Assembly (NCBI GenBank): GCA_016783445.1
Contig: JADHWO010000004.1
Coordinates: 11,212 to 75,211 of the forward strand
DNA: 64,000 bases
Source: Candidatus Aminicenantes bacterium
GTDB lineage: Bacteria; Acidobacteriota; Aminicenantia; Aminicenantales; Aminicenantaceae
Reading direction: 5' to 3'
Shown here: positions 30,358 through 40,000 of the stretch, one piece after another
How positions within the stretch are numbered: the first letter of the stretch is position 1
Layout: each line of letters opens with the position of its first letter
Notes under the pieces: generated by a model
Told to the model about the DNA's origin: nothing
What the model saw: the letters and a program-made list of their open reading frames with translations, nothing else
The model's database searches: none
Made by a program: the position numbers and the translations under genes

Positions 30358-30401
30358 GTTGTCAAAAAGATGTTAAGAGTTTGTTAAAAGTTTGTTAAAA
30401 A
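30358..30401 (-). promoter_or_regulatory. Promoter-operator motif C (same direct-repeat array), upstream of the UbiA-led unit and directly downstream of the response-regulator gene
   Basis: Minus strand TTTTTAACAAACTTTTAACAAACTCTTAACATCTTTTTGACAAC. Confidence 0.6.
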
Positions 30402-30584
30402 TGGAAAATTTGTAGGAAAATTAGAGAAAGACAGATATAGCCTTTAATTCTTTTATTGATACAATTAATGAAGAAAATGAGTACATACCCAAATTTGCAG
30501 AGATAGGTCACAATATTTTATTGGGTCTGCCCCCATTTTAATTAACAGGAATAAAACAGGAAGGCTGGAAAAGTGTAAGATTTG

Positions 30585-31268
30585 TTATTTTTGAAATTTA
30601 TAACCGGACCAGGGTATAGTGATAAGATGTGAAGGTTTGGCTGGATTTCCCTCTATTTTTTGCCTTAAATGGTGGATAAAAGTATCAATCGTCCTTGTTG
30701 TGGGGAATTTATCGTAACCCCAGACTTCATTAAGAATTGTCTCCCGGCTTACAACTTCTCCCTCATGGGAAACGAGGAGCTTAAGAAGGCCATACTCTTT
30801 GGCTGTAAGGTAAATGTCTTTTTTTCCTTTTGAGGCGATTTGTTTTTTAAAATTAATGTAAACATTCCCAAAAGAATACTCCTCAACTTCTGGCGCTTCA
30901 GGTTTAGAGCGGCGGAGCACAGCTCTAATCCTGGCAAGAAGTTCTTTTGTCCCAAAAGGTTTTGTGATGTAATCATCCGCTCCAAACTCAAGCCCTAAAA
31001 CTTTATCAATTTCTTCTTTCTTCTCCCCTGTCAGCATGATAATAGGCGTTTTAATTTTTTTTGTCCGCAACCTCTTACAAACTTCCAGTCCATTTAAAGA
31101 AGGGAGTAAAAAATCGAGTATTATCAAATCAACTGTTTCCTGGCTTGCCAGCTGAAATCCCTTCTCTCCATCAGCAGCCGTGATAACTTTAAAACCTTCT
31201 ATTTCCATATAAACTTTTAATGTTTCAAGTAAAACTTTATCATCGTCGATAATTAATATTTTTTTCAT
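30585..31268 (-). CDS. OmpR/PhoB-family response regulator (receiver plus winged-helix DNA-binding domain)
   Basis: 227 aa; receiver with DD...D...K pattern (IIDDD, ILDFLLP, T...K); C-terminal wHTH (LTAKEYGLLKLL..., TIDTFIHHLRQKIE). Confidence 0.9.
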   Translation of the reverse strand: MKKILIIDDDKVLLETLKVYMEIEGFKVITAADGEKGFQLASQETVDLIILDFLLPSLNGLEVCKRLRTKKIKTPIIMLTGEKKEEIDKVLGLEFGADDYITKPFGTKELLARIRAVLRRSKPEAPEVEEYSFGNVYINFKKQIASKGKKDIYLTAKEYGLLKLLVSHEGEVVSRETILNEVWGYDKFPTTRTIDTFIHHLRQKIEGNPAKPSHLITIPWSGYKFQK

Positions 31269-33643
31269 GGCTTTGGAAAAATCAGAATAAAAGTGCTGCC
31301 TTTATTGGCTTGACTTTCAACTTTGACCTCCCCCTTATGAGCTTCCATAATGTGTTTGACAATTTTTAATCCCAGGCCTACTCCTTTTGGATTGTGTTGG
31401 CTCGCCTCAGCATGCCGGTAAAACTCCTCGAATATCCTCTTTATATCTCTGGAAGGAATGCCAATCCCCTTATCTTTAACATGAATCTCCGCCAGTTTTT
31501 CTCTCTCGATAAGCTGGATCACGATTTCTCTCTTATCTGACGAATATTTAATAGCATTATCAATAAGATTAGTCAAAGCCTGCTTAACAGCATCCTGGTC
31601 TATCTCTAAAAAAATAGGACCCTCCGCTAAATCAACAGTGAAAACAAATCCATCTGATTCTAACTTTTGTAAAAACAGTTGTGCTACTTCTATAATGATA
31701 GACTGTATTTTAACTTTTTGAAAATTATAAGTTTTTACTTGTTGTTCAATTTTTCCAAAATCAAGGATATTGTGCAGGAATCGGGAAAGTCGGCTGCTTT
31801 CGCTGGCCACAAGGTTTATGAGCTCATCCTGCTTTGTTTTCTCCTTTATCTTCCCTCCCTGAAGAATTTCCGCCAGACCTTGGATGGAACTCATGGGAGT
31901 TCGAAGCTCGTGGGATACAGATGAAATAAACTCAGTTTTAAGGCGGTTAAGCTCATTCAATTTTTCTCTTTCCACTCTTTCATAAATCACTTCTTCCTGA
32001 AGCCTGATCCTTTCAAGGTTTAAAGCCAGTTCCCTGGCCATGGTAAGTAAAAGCTCTATGTCATCCCGGCTGAATTTCTCCCCTGATTTTTTCTTTCCCA
32101 GAGACAATAATCCAGCAAGGTCAGATGACTTAAAAGACAGAGGAAAAATTAACTCAATTTTTTTCTCTTCAAGTTCTTCCTCCAGTGAAAAATCCATATG
32201 TTCTTCCGTACGAACAGCCCTTTTCCTGGCAATTATATTATCTGAATCCATACAAAGAGAAACCAAAAAGTTGAGGTTTTTTTCGCCATTTTTTCCAATT
32301 AAAAGCTTAGGCTTTCCGGACCTCACAGAAAATATGTAGACTCCGATATGTTCTAGAGGCAAGGTGTTTTTCATCTTTTGTAAGAAAAATTCTACAAGCT
32401 GGCCGCGGTTTACCATCTCATAAGCTCTCTCACTGAAACTGAGGATGCTTTTTTTATAGTCAAAACTCATCCGGAAAAATGCCTTATCAACTATCTCTTG
32501 GATTTTCTTCCTCGCAGGATGAAAAACTACTGCAGCCGCAAGAGCCCCAATAACAGATACAGCTGTTTTATTGACAGAAAAGAAATTTGAAAAGATATTT
32601 TGAAAAAGAGCAACGGAAAAGAGATAAATACTGACAGTGAACACAGTTAGTAAAAAATAGACCAAGCTTCGGTTGATGACCAGTTCGACTTCCATCAGTT
32701 TAAACTTCACAATGGAAAAAGCGAACGCAAGAGGTATAAAAATAAAAAACAACAGGGAAAATTCCTCTGTCATCAGAGGTTTATTTCTTATTACCTGGGG
32801 TAATTCATATAAAAGAATAAACGGTCCCAAACCGACAAAAAGACCGTAAAAGATCCATTTTATCTGGGCTCGTTCTTCCTCCATGGCAACTTTTCGATAG
32901 CTGAAAATAAGGAAAAAAACTGCTAAAAGGACAAAGAAAATTAGGTAACAACGAAGAGCATAAAGAACGATTTGGTAGTACTTGTTTATTTCGATCGAAG
33001 ATTTTAAGCTTGACAAGAGAAATAACACCTCAAGAACCCCAGCAAAAATTAGAGCCGGACAGTAAATAAAAAACCTGCTTATCTTGAGTTTTTTCTTTGA
33101 GAAAAAAAGAGAAAAACGAAGTAGAAGAGCAGGTGCCAGAGGATAGAGAATATAGAACAAGATCCCCGGAGCATAAGAGAGCCAGTCTTTCCGCAAACAG
33201 AAAAATCCGCTGTTTATGATAAGGGAAGAAAAGAGTGCCAAAGAAGCCCAATAATAGATGCGAGCCCTTGAATCTTCGGCACGCAGGAAAAAAACTAAAA
33301 TTGCTACGGCAAGGCAGAAGAGAGCTATAAGGAAATAAATTAAGGGATAAGCAGCCTGGGGCCCAGAGTAATATGGAATGATTTGACCCTCTCTTTTTTT
33401 TATTGTGTCATTAACTTTGATATGGAAGGTTACCTGTTCTCCGATTGTTTTCCGGCTAAGCATAAATTCACGGTCTAATTTCCCTTCGGTTTTTACGCCG
33501 TCTATTTGCTCAACAAAACCATAGTCTACTCCCGTAGGAAGAGGAAGGCCGGGGCGCTGACGGAGCAAAAAGAATCCGTAAATACTTATAAGAAAAATGA
33601 CAAAGCCCACAAACAAATAAAAGAAAAACAGGGCTTTTTTCAT
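31265..33643 (-). CDS. Multi-TM sensor histidine kinase (short periplasmic loop, about 7 TM helices, cytoplasmic linker/GAF-like region, HisKA plus HATPase_c)
   Basis: 792 aa; H-box SHELRTPMSSI, N-box NLIDNAIKYS, G-boxes DKGIGIP and GVGLGL; 4-nt overlap with the response-regulator gene. Confidence 0.9.
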   Translation of the reverse strand: MKKALFFFYLFVGFVIFLISIYGFFLLRQRPGLPLPTGVDYGFVEQIDGVKTEGKLDREFMLSRKTIGEQVTFHIKVNDTIKKREGQIIPYYSGPQAAYPLIYFLIALFCLAVAILVFFLRAEDSRARIYYWASLALFSSLIINSGFFCLRKDWLSYAPGILFYILYPLAPALLLRFSLFFSKKKLKISRFFIYCPALIFAGVLEVLFLLSSLKSSIEINKYYQIVLYALRCYLIFFVLLAVFFLIFSYRKVAMEEERAQIKWIFYGLFVGLGPFILLYELPQVIRNKPLMTEEFSLLFFIFIPLAFAFSIVKFKLMEVELVINRSLVYFLLTVFTVSIYLFSVALFQNIFSNFFSVNKTAVSVIGALAAAVVFHPARKKIQEIVDKAFFRMSFDYKKSILSFSERAYEMVNRGQLVEFFLQKMKNTLPLEHIGVYIFSVRSGKPKLLIGKNGEKNLNFLVSLCMDSDNIIARKRAVRTEEHMDFSLEEELEEKKIELIFPLSFKSSDLAGLLSLGKKKSGEKFSRDDIELLLTMARELALNLERIRLQEEVIYERVEREKLNELNRLKTEFISSVSHELRTPMSSIQGLAEILQGGKIKEKTKQDELINLVASESSRLSRFLHNILDFGKIEQQVKTYNFQKVKIQSIIIEVAQLFLQKLESDGFVFTVDLAEGPIFLEIDQDAVKQALTNLIDNAIKYSSDKREIVIQLIEREKLAEIHVKDKGIGIPSRDIKRIFEEFYRHAEASQHNPKGVGLGLKIVKHIMEAHKGEVKVESQANKGSTFILIFPKP

Positions 33644-33846
33644 GCTTTGATATTCCCTTCCTGCTGGGCAAAATATAACACCTTGCTATGTTTATTGTCA
33701 AACAGAGGTCGTTGAGTAATAAATTGGAGCAGTAAAAAAATCTATTCAGGATAAAAAATCACATTTTTTACGGAAAATAAATGTGATTTTATTTTTATTT
33801 TGGGAGGATTTAAAGTAAAAATCTCAGAGTAAATTCTGGTTTGTAT

Positions 33847-34440
33847 CTATCTCGTTATTTTATTCTGTTCTTCTGCAAATTTTATCAGCTCTTTTTCGTA
33901 GGACCTAATGGTTTTGCTCCTTTTAATAGCATCATTGACTAACACTGCACTAAGTACACAAGAGAGTATTCCACCAAAAAGTGACATTCTTCTTGCCACG
34001 GATGTATTTTGCTGTGATCCAACCAGCGCTTCTACGTCTTCCACTTGGTCTGTCCTTTCTGCTTCTTCATAAGTGGCAAACACATAAATAAGAGTACTCC
34101 CCAATCCGAGAAATCCTACTGATGCAATCAGAGATGACGTCTTTTTCTTCTTCTGAATTTTAATCTCTTGTCTGATTGATTCGGGGTCAGAAAACTTCTT
34201 GGTTCCTCTTCTGGCTTGTGCAAGTTCACTCGTTGTTTTTTCAAAGTCAAAAAACGGAGTGTTTATTGTAGCTATTTCATAATTTTTCATTAATGAAAAT
34301 TCTTCATTTAATTTACTGACCGAAAAAGCACTTGACTTTGAAAGTGTCAATTGGTTTGAGGGCATTTCACTCGGGTAAGCATTAATTGACACAAAAAGAA
34401 TAAATATCACAGATATTAGAGTTACTGCCTTTTTTTTCAT
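33847..34440 (-). CDS. Hypothetical exported protein (signal peptide, C-terminal hydrophobic anchor), upstream of the histidine kinase
   Basis: 197 aa; N-terminal MKKKAVTLISVIFILFVSINA signal; a second hydrophobic span near residue 120-140. Confidence 0.45.
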   Translation of the reverse strand: MKKKAVTLISVIFILFVSINAYPSEMPSNQLTLSKSSAFSVSKLNEEFSLMKNYEIATINTPFFDFEKTTSELAQARRGTKKFSDPESIRQEIKIQKKKKTSSLIASVGFLGLGSTLIYVFATYEEAERTDQVEDVEALVGSQQNTSVARRMSLFGGILSCVLSAVLVNDAIKRSKTIRSYEKELIKFAEEQNKITR

Positions 34441-34783
34441 TTGTCCTCTCCACGATGAGTTTTTTTGGATTTCTTGTCCTTTTTGTTTTTCATATCTCTG
34501 TATTTTTTTTGTCTATTTTCTCTTCTATTTAAAAACTACCACAAAATATTATTTTATGTCAACATTTCAAATTTTTTTTAAATTCTCTATTTTAAAAAAT
34601 GCTTAATTTAACTCAATCCCTGGCATTTCTACTCTCTAAGCTTATAATTCATCCCATATAATAAATTAAAGAGTTGATTTGCCTTAACCATCTCTCTTTT
34701 TATAGATATCAAATGGAAGCAGATCACTTTAATTTCTTGCATATATTTGAATCTGCTTAATCTGACAAAATAAAAAAGAAGTC

Positions 34784-35286
34784 GGTTCTCTTCCATTTTG
34801 TGCGGGTAAAACATGTCTTGATAGATCAAAAGTAAGTATTCTGGGATGGATGAAGCGACCTTTGAAGATTTAGCCTCCCTGAATCGCTTTTCGAGGAGGC
34901 CCGACAGAGTCGGGCGGCGAGTATGTTTGAACTCAGGCCACTGGATTCAGAAAACACGCAACTTTTGCCCCAGCTATTCAAATATTTAAATTTTGCGAAG
35001 GCCAGCAGGTAAAAAAAACCGTTTGAAGGCAAAGCGGGCATGGTTCCTCTCCTTGAGGGAGAGGAGAGCGAAGCCTGAAACCGAGCAGCTTTTGCCTCGC
35101 TGGGGCAAAAGCTGCGTGTTTTTGAACCTGCTGACCTGAGCTTTCCTTCAAACGGTTTTTTTCACCCACTGCCCTTCGTTTATGCGTTGAATAGACTGAT
35201 GAAGGGATGGCGTGAAAAATCTGAATGGAAGCGAGACCATTCACGAATACTTACCTATTATTACCCACACAAAATAGAAGAGAACC
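34784..35286. mobile_element. MITE-like foldback element, copy 2 (503 bp) with 23-bp TIRs and 8-bp target duplication AAGAAGTC
   Basis: ggttctcttccattttgtgcggg ... cccacacaaaatagaagagaacc; aagaagtc on both flanks; about 90% identical to copy 1 outside a short variable central hairpin tip. Confidence 0.8.
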
Positions 35287-35342
35287 AAGAAGTCAATGAT
35301 CAATGCAGGCTTTTTATTCGAGGATGAGGTTAAATGAAAAAA

Positions 35343-36443
35343 TTATCTCACTTTTAGAAAAGATTCTAGTTTTTCCTTTTTTAGATTAAAAAGTTCGGAT
35401 AGTTTTTCTACAGTGATTATCTTCTTCTGATAAGCTTCAAGAGCTACTCTTTTAAACCGGGAAGAGAAGAGAATCCCTCCTTTCCCTTTTATCAGTTCCT
35501 TCTCCTCAGAAAACTTCCCAAAAAAAGCCTCCCCATGAGTAGATGAGGCAAGCTTCTGGAACTCCTCAAATTTTGTCGGGGAAATGAATTCTAAATCCTT
35601 AAGCACTTGAATTATTGCGAGAGTTCCAACACCAAAATAATTCCTGAGATAAAGAACATCCGCAAAATTTAACTTTTTTTTAAACAGATCTTTGTTAATT
35701 ATTTCTTTAACCTTTGATGGGGGGACTAAAAAACGAAGAACAAATGTCTGGGCAAACTTTTCGCGAGGATGGTAAAGAGATACATACTCATTTATGAATA
35801 TATCCGGATTATCGATAACAGGGCCAATATTTCTATCCTTGAGAAAATGGCAGTATTCATGAGCTGCTGTGAAGATTTGTTGTCCAAGAGACTGGATGCT
35901 GTTTACCAGAGCAAAAGCAGCTCCCTCTATTTCAAAATAGATAAATACACCTGAGATTTTGGATTTCTCCGGAATGGGCTGTCTCACAATATGTAAGCCA
36001 TTAAGTTCAAGCACCGAGAAAACATCCCTGATAGGCCCATTTCCAAATCCAAGCCTGTTTCTTTCTTCATCTGCCATTCTCTCAGCCGATGTGTGTGTGT
36101 AAAGCGGGGCAAGCTCAAGACGGCGTCCGGTCAATTCCTCAAGATTGCTGTACTCTTCACAAAACTTTTTGAACTTCCTCAACTCCCCTCTCGCTTTTTT
36201 ATCCAGGCTCTCTTCCTGAAGAAGCACATTAAAAGCCTCCTCTTTTTCTTTTAAAAAGTAAGAGGCATCTTTTTTAAAGTAATTAGCAAGAGTGGTTAAA
36301 GTGTCAAGGCTTGGCATTCTTTTTCCCAGCTCCAGGAGTGAGATGAATTTGCTTGATAAGCCTACGGCCTTGGCAAGAGCTTCCTGTGTAAGGCCAATAT
36401 CCTCTCTTTCTCTTCTAAGTTTTGTTCCCAGGATTCCAGGCAT
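35343..36443 (-). CDS. XRE-family HTH transcriptional regulator fused to an ImmA/IrrE-family (DUF955) metallopeptidase domain
   Basis: 366 aa; N-terminal LRREREDIGLTQEALAKAVGLSSKFISLLELGKRMPS (Cro/C1 HTH); central HEYCHFL HExxH motif in an ImmA/IrrE-like region. Confidence 0.75.
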   Translation of the reverse strand: MPGILGTKLRREREDIGLTQEALAKAVGLSSKFISLLELGKRMPSLDTLTTLANYFKKDASYFLKEKEEAFNVLLQEESLDKKARGELRKFKKFCEEYSNLEELTGRRLELAPLYTHTSAERMADEERNRLGFGNGPIRDVFSVLELNGLHIVRQPIPEKSKISGVFIYFEIEGAAFALVNSIQSLGQQIFTAAHEYCHFLKDRNIGPVIDNPDIFINEYVSLYHPREKFAQTFVLRFLVPPSKVKEIINKDLFKKKLNFADVLYLRNYFGVGTLAIIQVLKDLEFISPTKFEEFQKLASSTHGEAFFGKFSEEKELIKGKGGILFSSRFKRVALEAYQKKIITVEKLSELFNLKKEKLESFLKVR

Positions 36444-36576
36444 TTTATACTCCCTTAAGTTCTTGTTTCCATTAAATATAACCCTGAGTTAGATAATTGT
36501 CAACATCCGTCGTTTTTTATGACCTGTAGTTGGAATTTTCTGGGAAACATATTAATTCAAACACATAAACCGATAA

Positions 36577-36950
36577 ATCTCTTCCATTTTGTGTGGGTAA
36601 AACATGTCTTGATAAATATTCTGGGATGGATGAAGCGACCTTTGAAGATTTAGCCTCCCTGAATCGCTCTTCGAGGAAATCCGACAGAGTCGGGCGGCGA
36701 GTATGTTTAAGCTCAGGACAGTGGATTCAGAAAACACGCAACTTTTGCCCCAGCGAGTCAAAAGCTGCTCGGTTTCAGGCTTCGCTCCCCTCTCCATCCC
36801 GGAGAGGAACCATGCCCGCTCTGCCTTCAAACGGTTTTTTCCACCCACTGCCCTTCGCTTATGCGTTTAAAAAATTGATGAAGGGATGGCGTGAAAAATC
36901 TGAAGGGGAGCGAGACCATTCACGAATATTTTCTGATAATTACCTACGCT
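36577..36950. mobile_element. MITE-like element, copy 3 (about 374 bp), a single-pass degenerate version
   Basis: Left end tctcttccattttgtgtggg and shared internal blocks (cagaaaacacgcaacttttgcccc..., ccttcaaacggttttttccacccactgccc...). The central segment is in inverted orientation relative to copies 1 and 2; the 3' TIR is eroded and there is no clean duplication. Confidence 0.65.
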
Positions 36951-37064
36951 AAAAGGAAGAAAACTTATACGTTAAATTTTTTGGCTAGACTTTATATGAA
37001 ATCTTCCAATATACTTTAAATATATTTTAAAAATGGCCATTCAAGACTTATTTAAGGAGGCATT

Positions 37065-40000
37065 ATGAGAAAAACAACTTTATTAATTTTTTTATGCCTT
37101 GGTATAGTCACGTCAAATTTTGCTATCGATGATGCTCGGCTGCTGAGGTTCCCTGACATAAATAAAGACCTGATCGTTTTTGTCTATGCCGGAGACATCT
37201 GGTCTGTTCAAGCAGCAGGAGGAGCAGCAAAAAAACTCACGTCTCACGAAGGGATGGAGCTATTTCCTAAAATATCACCAGACAGCAGGTGGATAGCATT
37301 TTCTGCTGAATATTCAGGTTCCCGGCAGGTCTTTATCATGCCCATCACAGGTGGAATCCCAACACAGCTCACCTACTACAATGATGTAGGAATGATGCCG
37401 CCAAGAGGTGGTTTTGACTATCAGGTTCTTGACTGGACGCCTGACAGCCAGAAAATTCTGGTCAGGGCAAACAGGACTCCATACGGACAAAGAAGAGGAA
37501 AATATTTTCTTGTGAGTATTGATGGTGGATTTGAGACTCCCCTTCAGATACCAGAGGGAGGAGGAGGAACCTTTTCTTCGGACGGGAAAAAAATCACTTA
37601 CACTCCAATTGGCAGAGAATTCAGAACCTGGAAGAGATACCAGGGAGGAATGGCCCAGGATATATGGACTTATGATCTTGAAAAAGCCGTATCAAAAAGA
37701 TTGACGACATTCCCTGGAACCGACCAGCATCCCATGTGGTATAAGGATAAAATTTACTTTGTTTCGGATAGAGACTTAACCTTAAATATTTATTCTTATG
37801 ATCTGGCTACAGAAAAGATCGAAAAAATTACAGGTCACTCAGAATACGATGTTCTCTGGCCTTCGGGTGAAAACGGGCTTGTTGTTTATGAGAATGGAGG
37901 TTACATCTACAAATTAAATATCCATACAAACGAGAATCAAAGGATACAGGTCAACATCAATTATGACAGCCCTTATGTTATGCCCTATTTTAAAAATGTT
38001 AAGGAAAATATAACAAGCTTTGACATATCCCCTTCTGGAAAAAGAGCAGTATTCGAAACTAGAGGGGATATATTCACAGTTCCTGCAAAGGAAGGAATTA
38101 CATACAATCTGACTGACACTCAAGGAGTAAGGGAAATTTTCCCTGCATGGTCCCCTGACGGGCAATTTTTAACGTACTACTCGGATAAAACCGGTGAATA
38201 CGAGATTTACCTCATGGACAGGAGTAAGGATAATGCTGTCACTCAACTCACAGAAGGAAGCGAGATATGGCGGTATCCCCTTGTGTGGTCTCCTGACAAC
38301 TCAAAGGTTCTTTTCTCAGACAGGAATCAGGATTTACAGATCCTGGATATCAAAACTAAAAACATTACATATGTGGATAAAGCCCGCCGTTTTGATATCA
38401 CAGATTATGACTGGTCTCCTGATTCCAAGTGGGTAGTTTATACAAAATACAGTGATAACACTCAAGATGCGGTTTGGGCTTATTCCTTGGACAAGGGAAA
38501 AACCTTCCAGCTAACGAATGATATGTTCATAGATTTTTCCCCTGTCTTTTCAACTTGTGGAAAATACATATTTTTCCTCTCAGACAGGAGCTTCAACCTG
38601 AATTTTTCAAGCTTTGAATTCGATTATATTTTCAGGGAATCAACTAATATTTATGCTGTCCCCTTAACAGAAGCCGTGCCTCCTCTCTTTAAAGATAAAA
38701 ATGACCAGGAGGAGGTCAAAAAGGAAAAAGCAGAAAAAGAAACAAACTCCAAAAAAGAAGCGAAAAAAACATCCAAGACAGAGGAAGAAAAGGCACCTTC
38801 AGTCCGGATAAATTTTGAAGGAATAAACGAAAGGATCGTATCCTTCCCCTTAAAACCCGGGGACTACAGAAATCTTACTGCTGTAGAGGGTGGGGTTCTT
38901 TATGTCAAAGATGGCGAATTACACATGTTTAAGATCGAAGATAAGAAAGATTCAGTGATCATAAAGGGAATATCTGGTGGAGCACTTTCGGCAAATAGAA
39001 AAAAGATTCTTTACCGTGCCAGGCAAAAATATGGAATCATCGATTTAAAACCCGATCAGAAGGTTGGAGCCGGAGAGCTAAATCTTTCCGACTTAACAAT
39101 GAAGATAGAACCTCTAAAAGAATGGAAACAGCTTTTTAATGACGGATGGAGAATCTATAGAGACTGGTTCTACGTAAAAAATCTACATGGAGTTGACTGG
39201 CAGAAGATGAAAGTAAAATACGGCCAGCTGGTTCCTTACTTAAGTCACAGGGCTGACCTCGATTTTATTTTTGGAGAGCTTGTCGGAGAGCTGAATACCG
39301 GACACTGCTACATCAACTGGGGAGACTTTCCAAGAGTTAAAAGGGTTGAAGGAGGACTTTTAGGTGCCGAGCTTAAAGTTGACGAGAAATCCTTAAGATA
39401 CATCATCAGCAAAATTTACAAAGGAGAAAACTGGAACGAAAGAACAAGGTCTCCCTTAACCGAACAGGGAATCAATGTGAAGGAGGGCGATTACCTCATC
39501 AGTCTCAACGGCCAAAATATCACCACAAAAGACAATCCTTACAAATTTCTTGAAAACACAGTCGGAAAAAGGATACCTATCGTTGTGAATTCTAAGCCTG
39601 TTGAGAAAGGAGCAAGAGAGTTCCTGATAAAGCCAATCCAGAGCGAGCTGAACCTTTTTTACATGGATTGGGTGAATTCAAGAAGAGAAATGGTGGATAA
39701 ACTCTCAAAAGGGAAAATAGGCTACTTCCATGTTCCCAATACCTCTGTTGAGGGAAACAGGGAACTGTTTAAAGGCTTTTATGCTTTTAGAAACAAGGAT
39801 GCACTGATCATTGACGAAAGATATAACGGAGGCGGTTTTATTCCTGATGTCATGACAGAACTCCTGACAAGAAAAATCTTAAGTTACTGGGGAAGGAGAG
39901 GTTTGATTCCAAGCCAGACTCCAGGTGCAGCTCACGAGGGGCCAAAAGTCATGCTCATCAATCACTATTCTGCTTCTGGCGGCGACGCTTTCCCCTACTA

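Noticed and set aside
23361-30401. The thrice-repeated gtttgttaaaagtttgttaaaa sequence could be taken for a CRISPR-like or tandem-repeat array
   Set aside because: The units are 11 bp, immediately adjacent, and present in only 3-4 copies per site. There are no spacers of CRISPR length, and each site sits exactly upstream of a gene start with a TTGACA -35. Interpreted as a transcription-factor binding array, not CRISPR.
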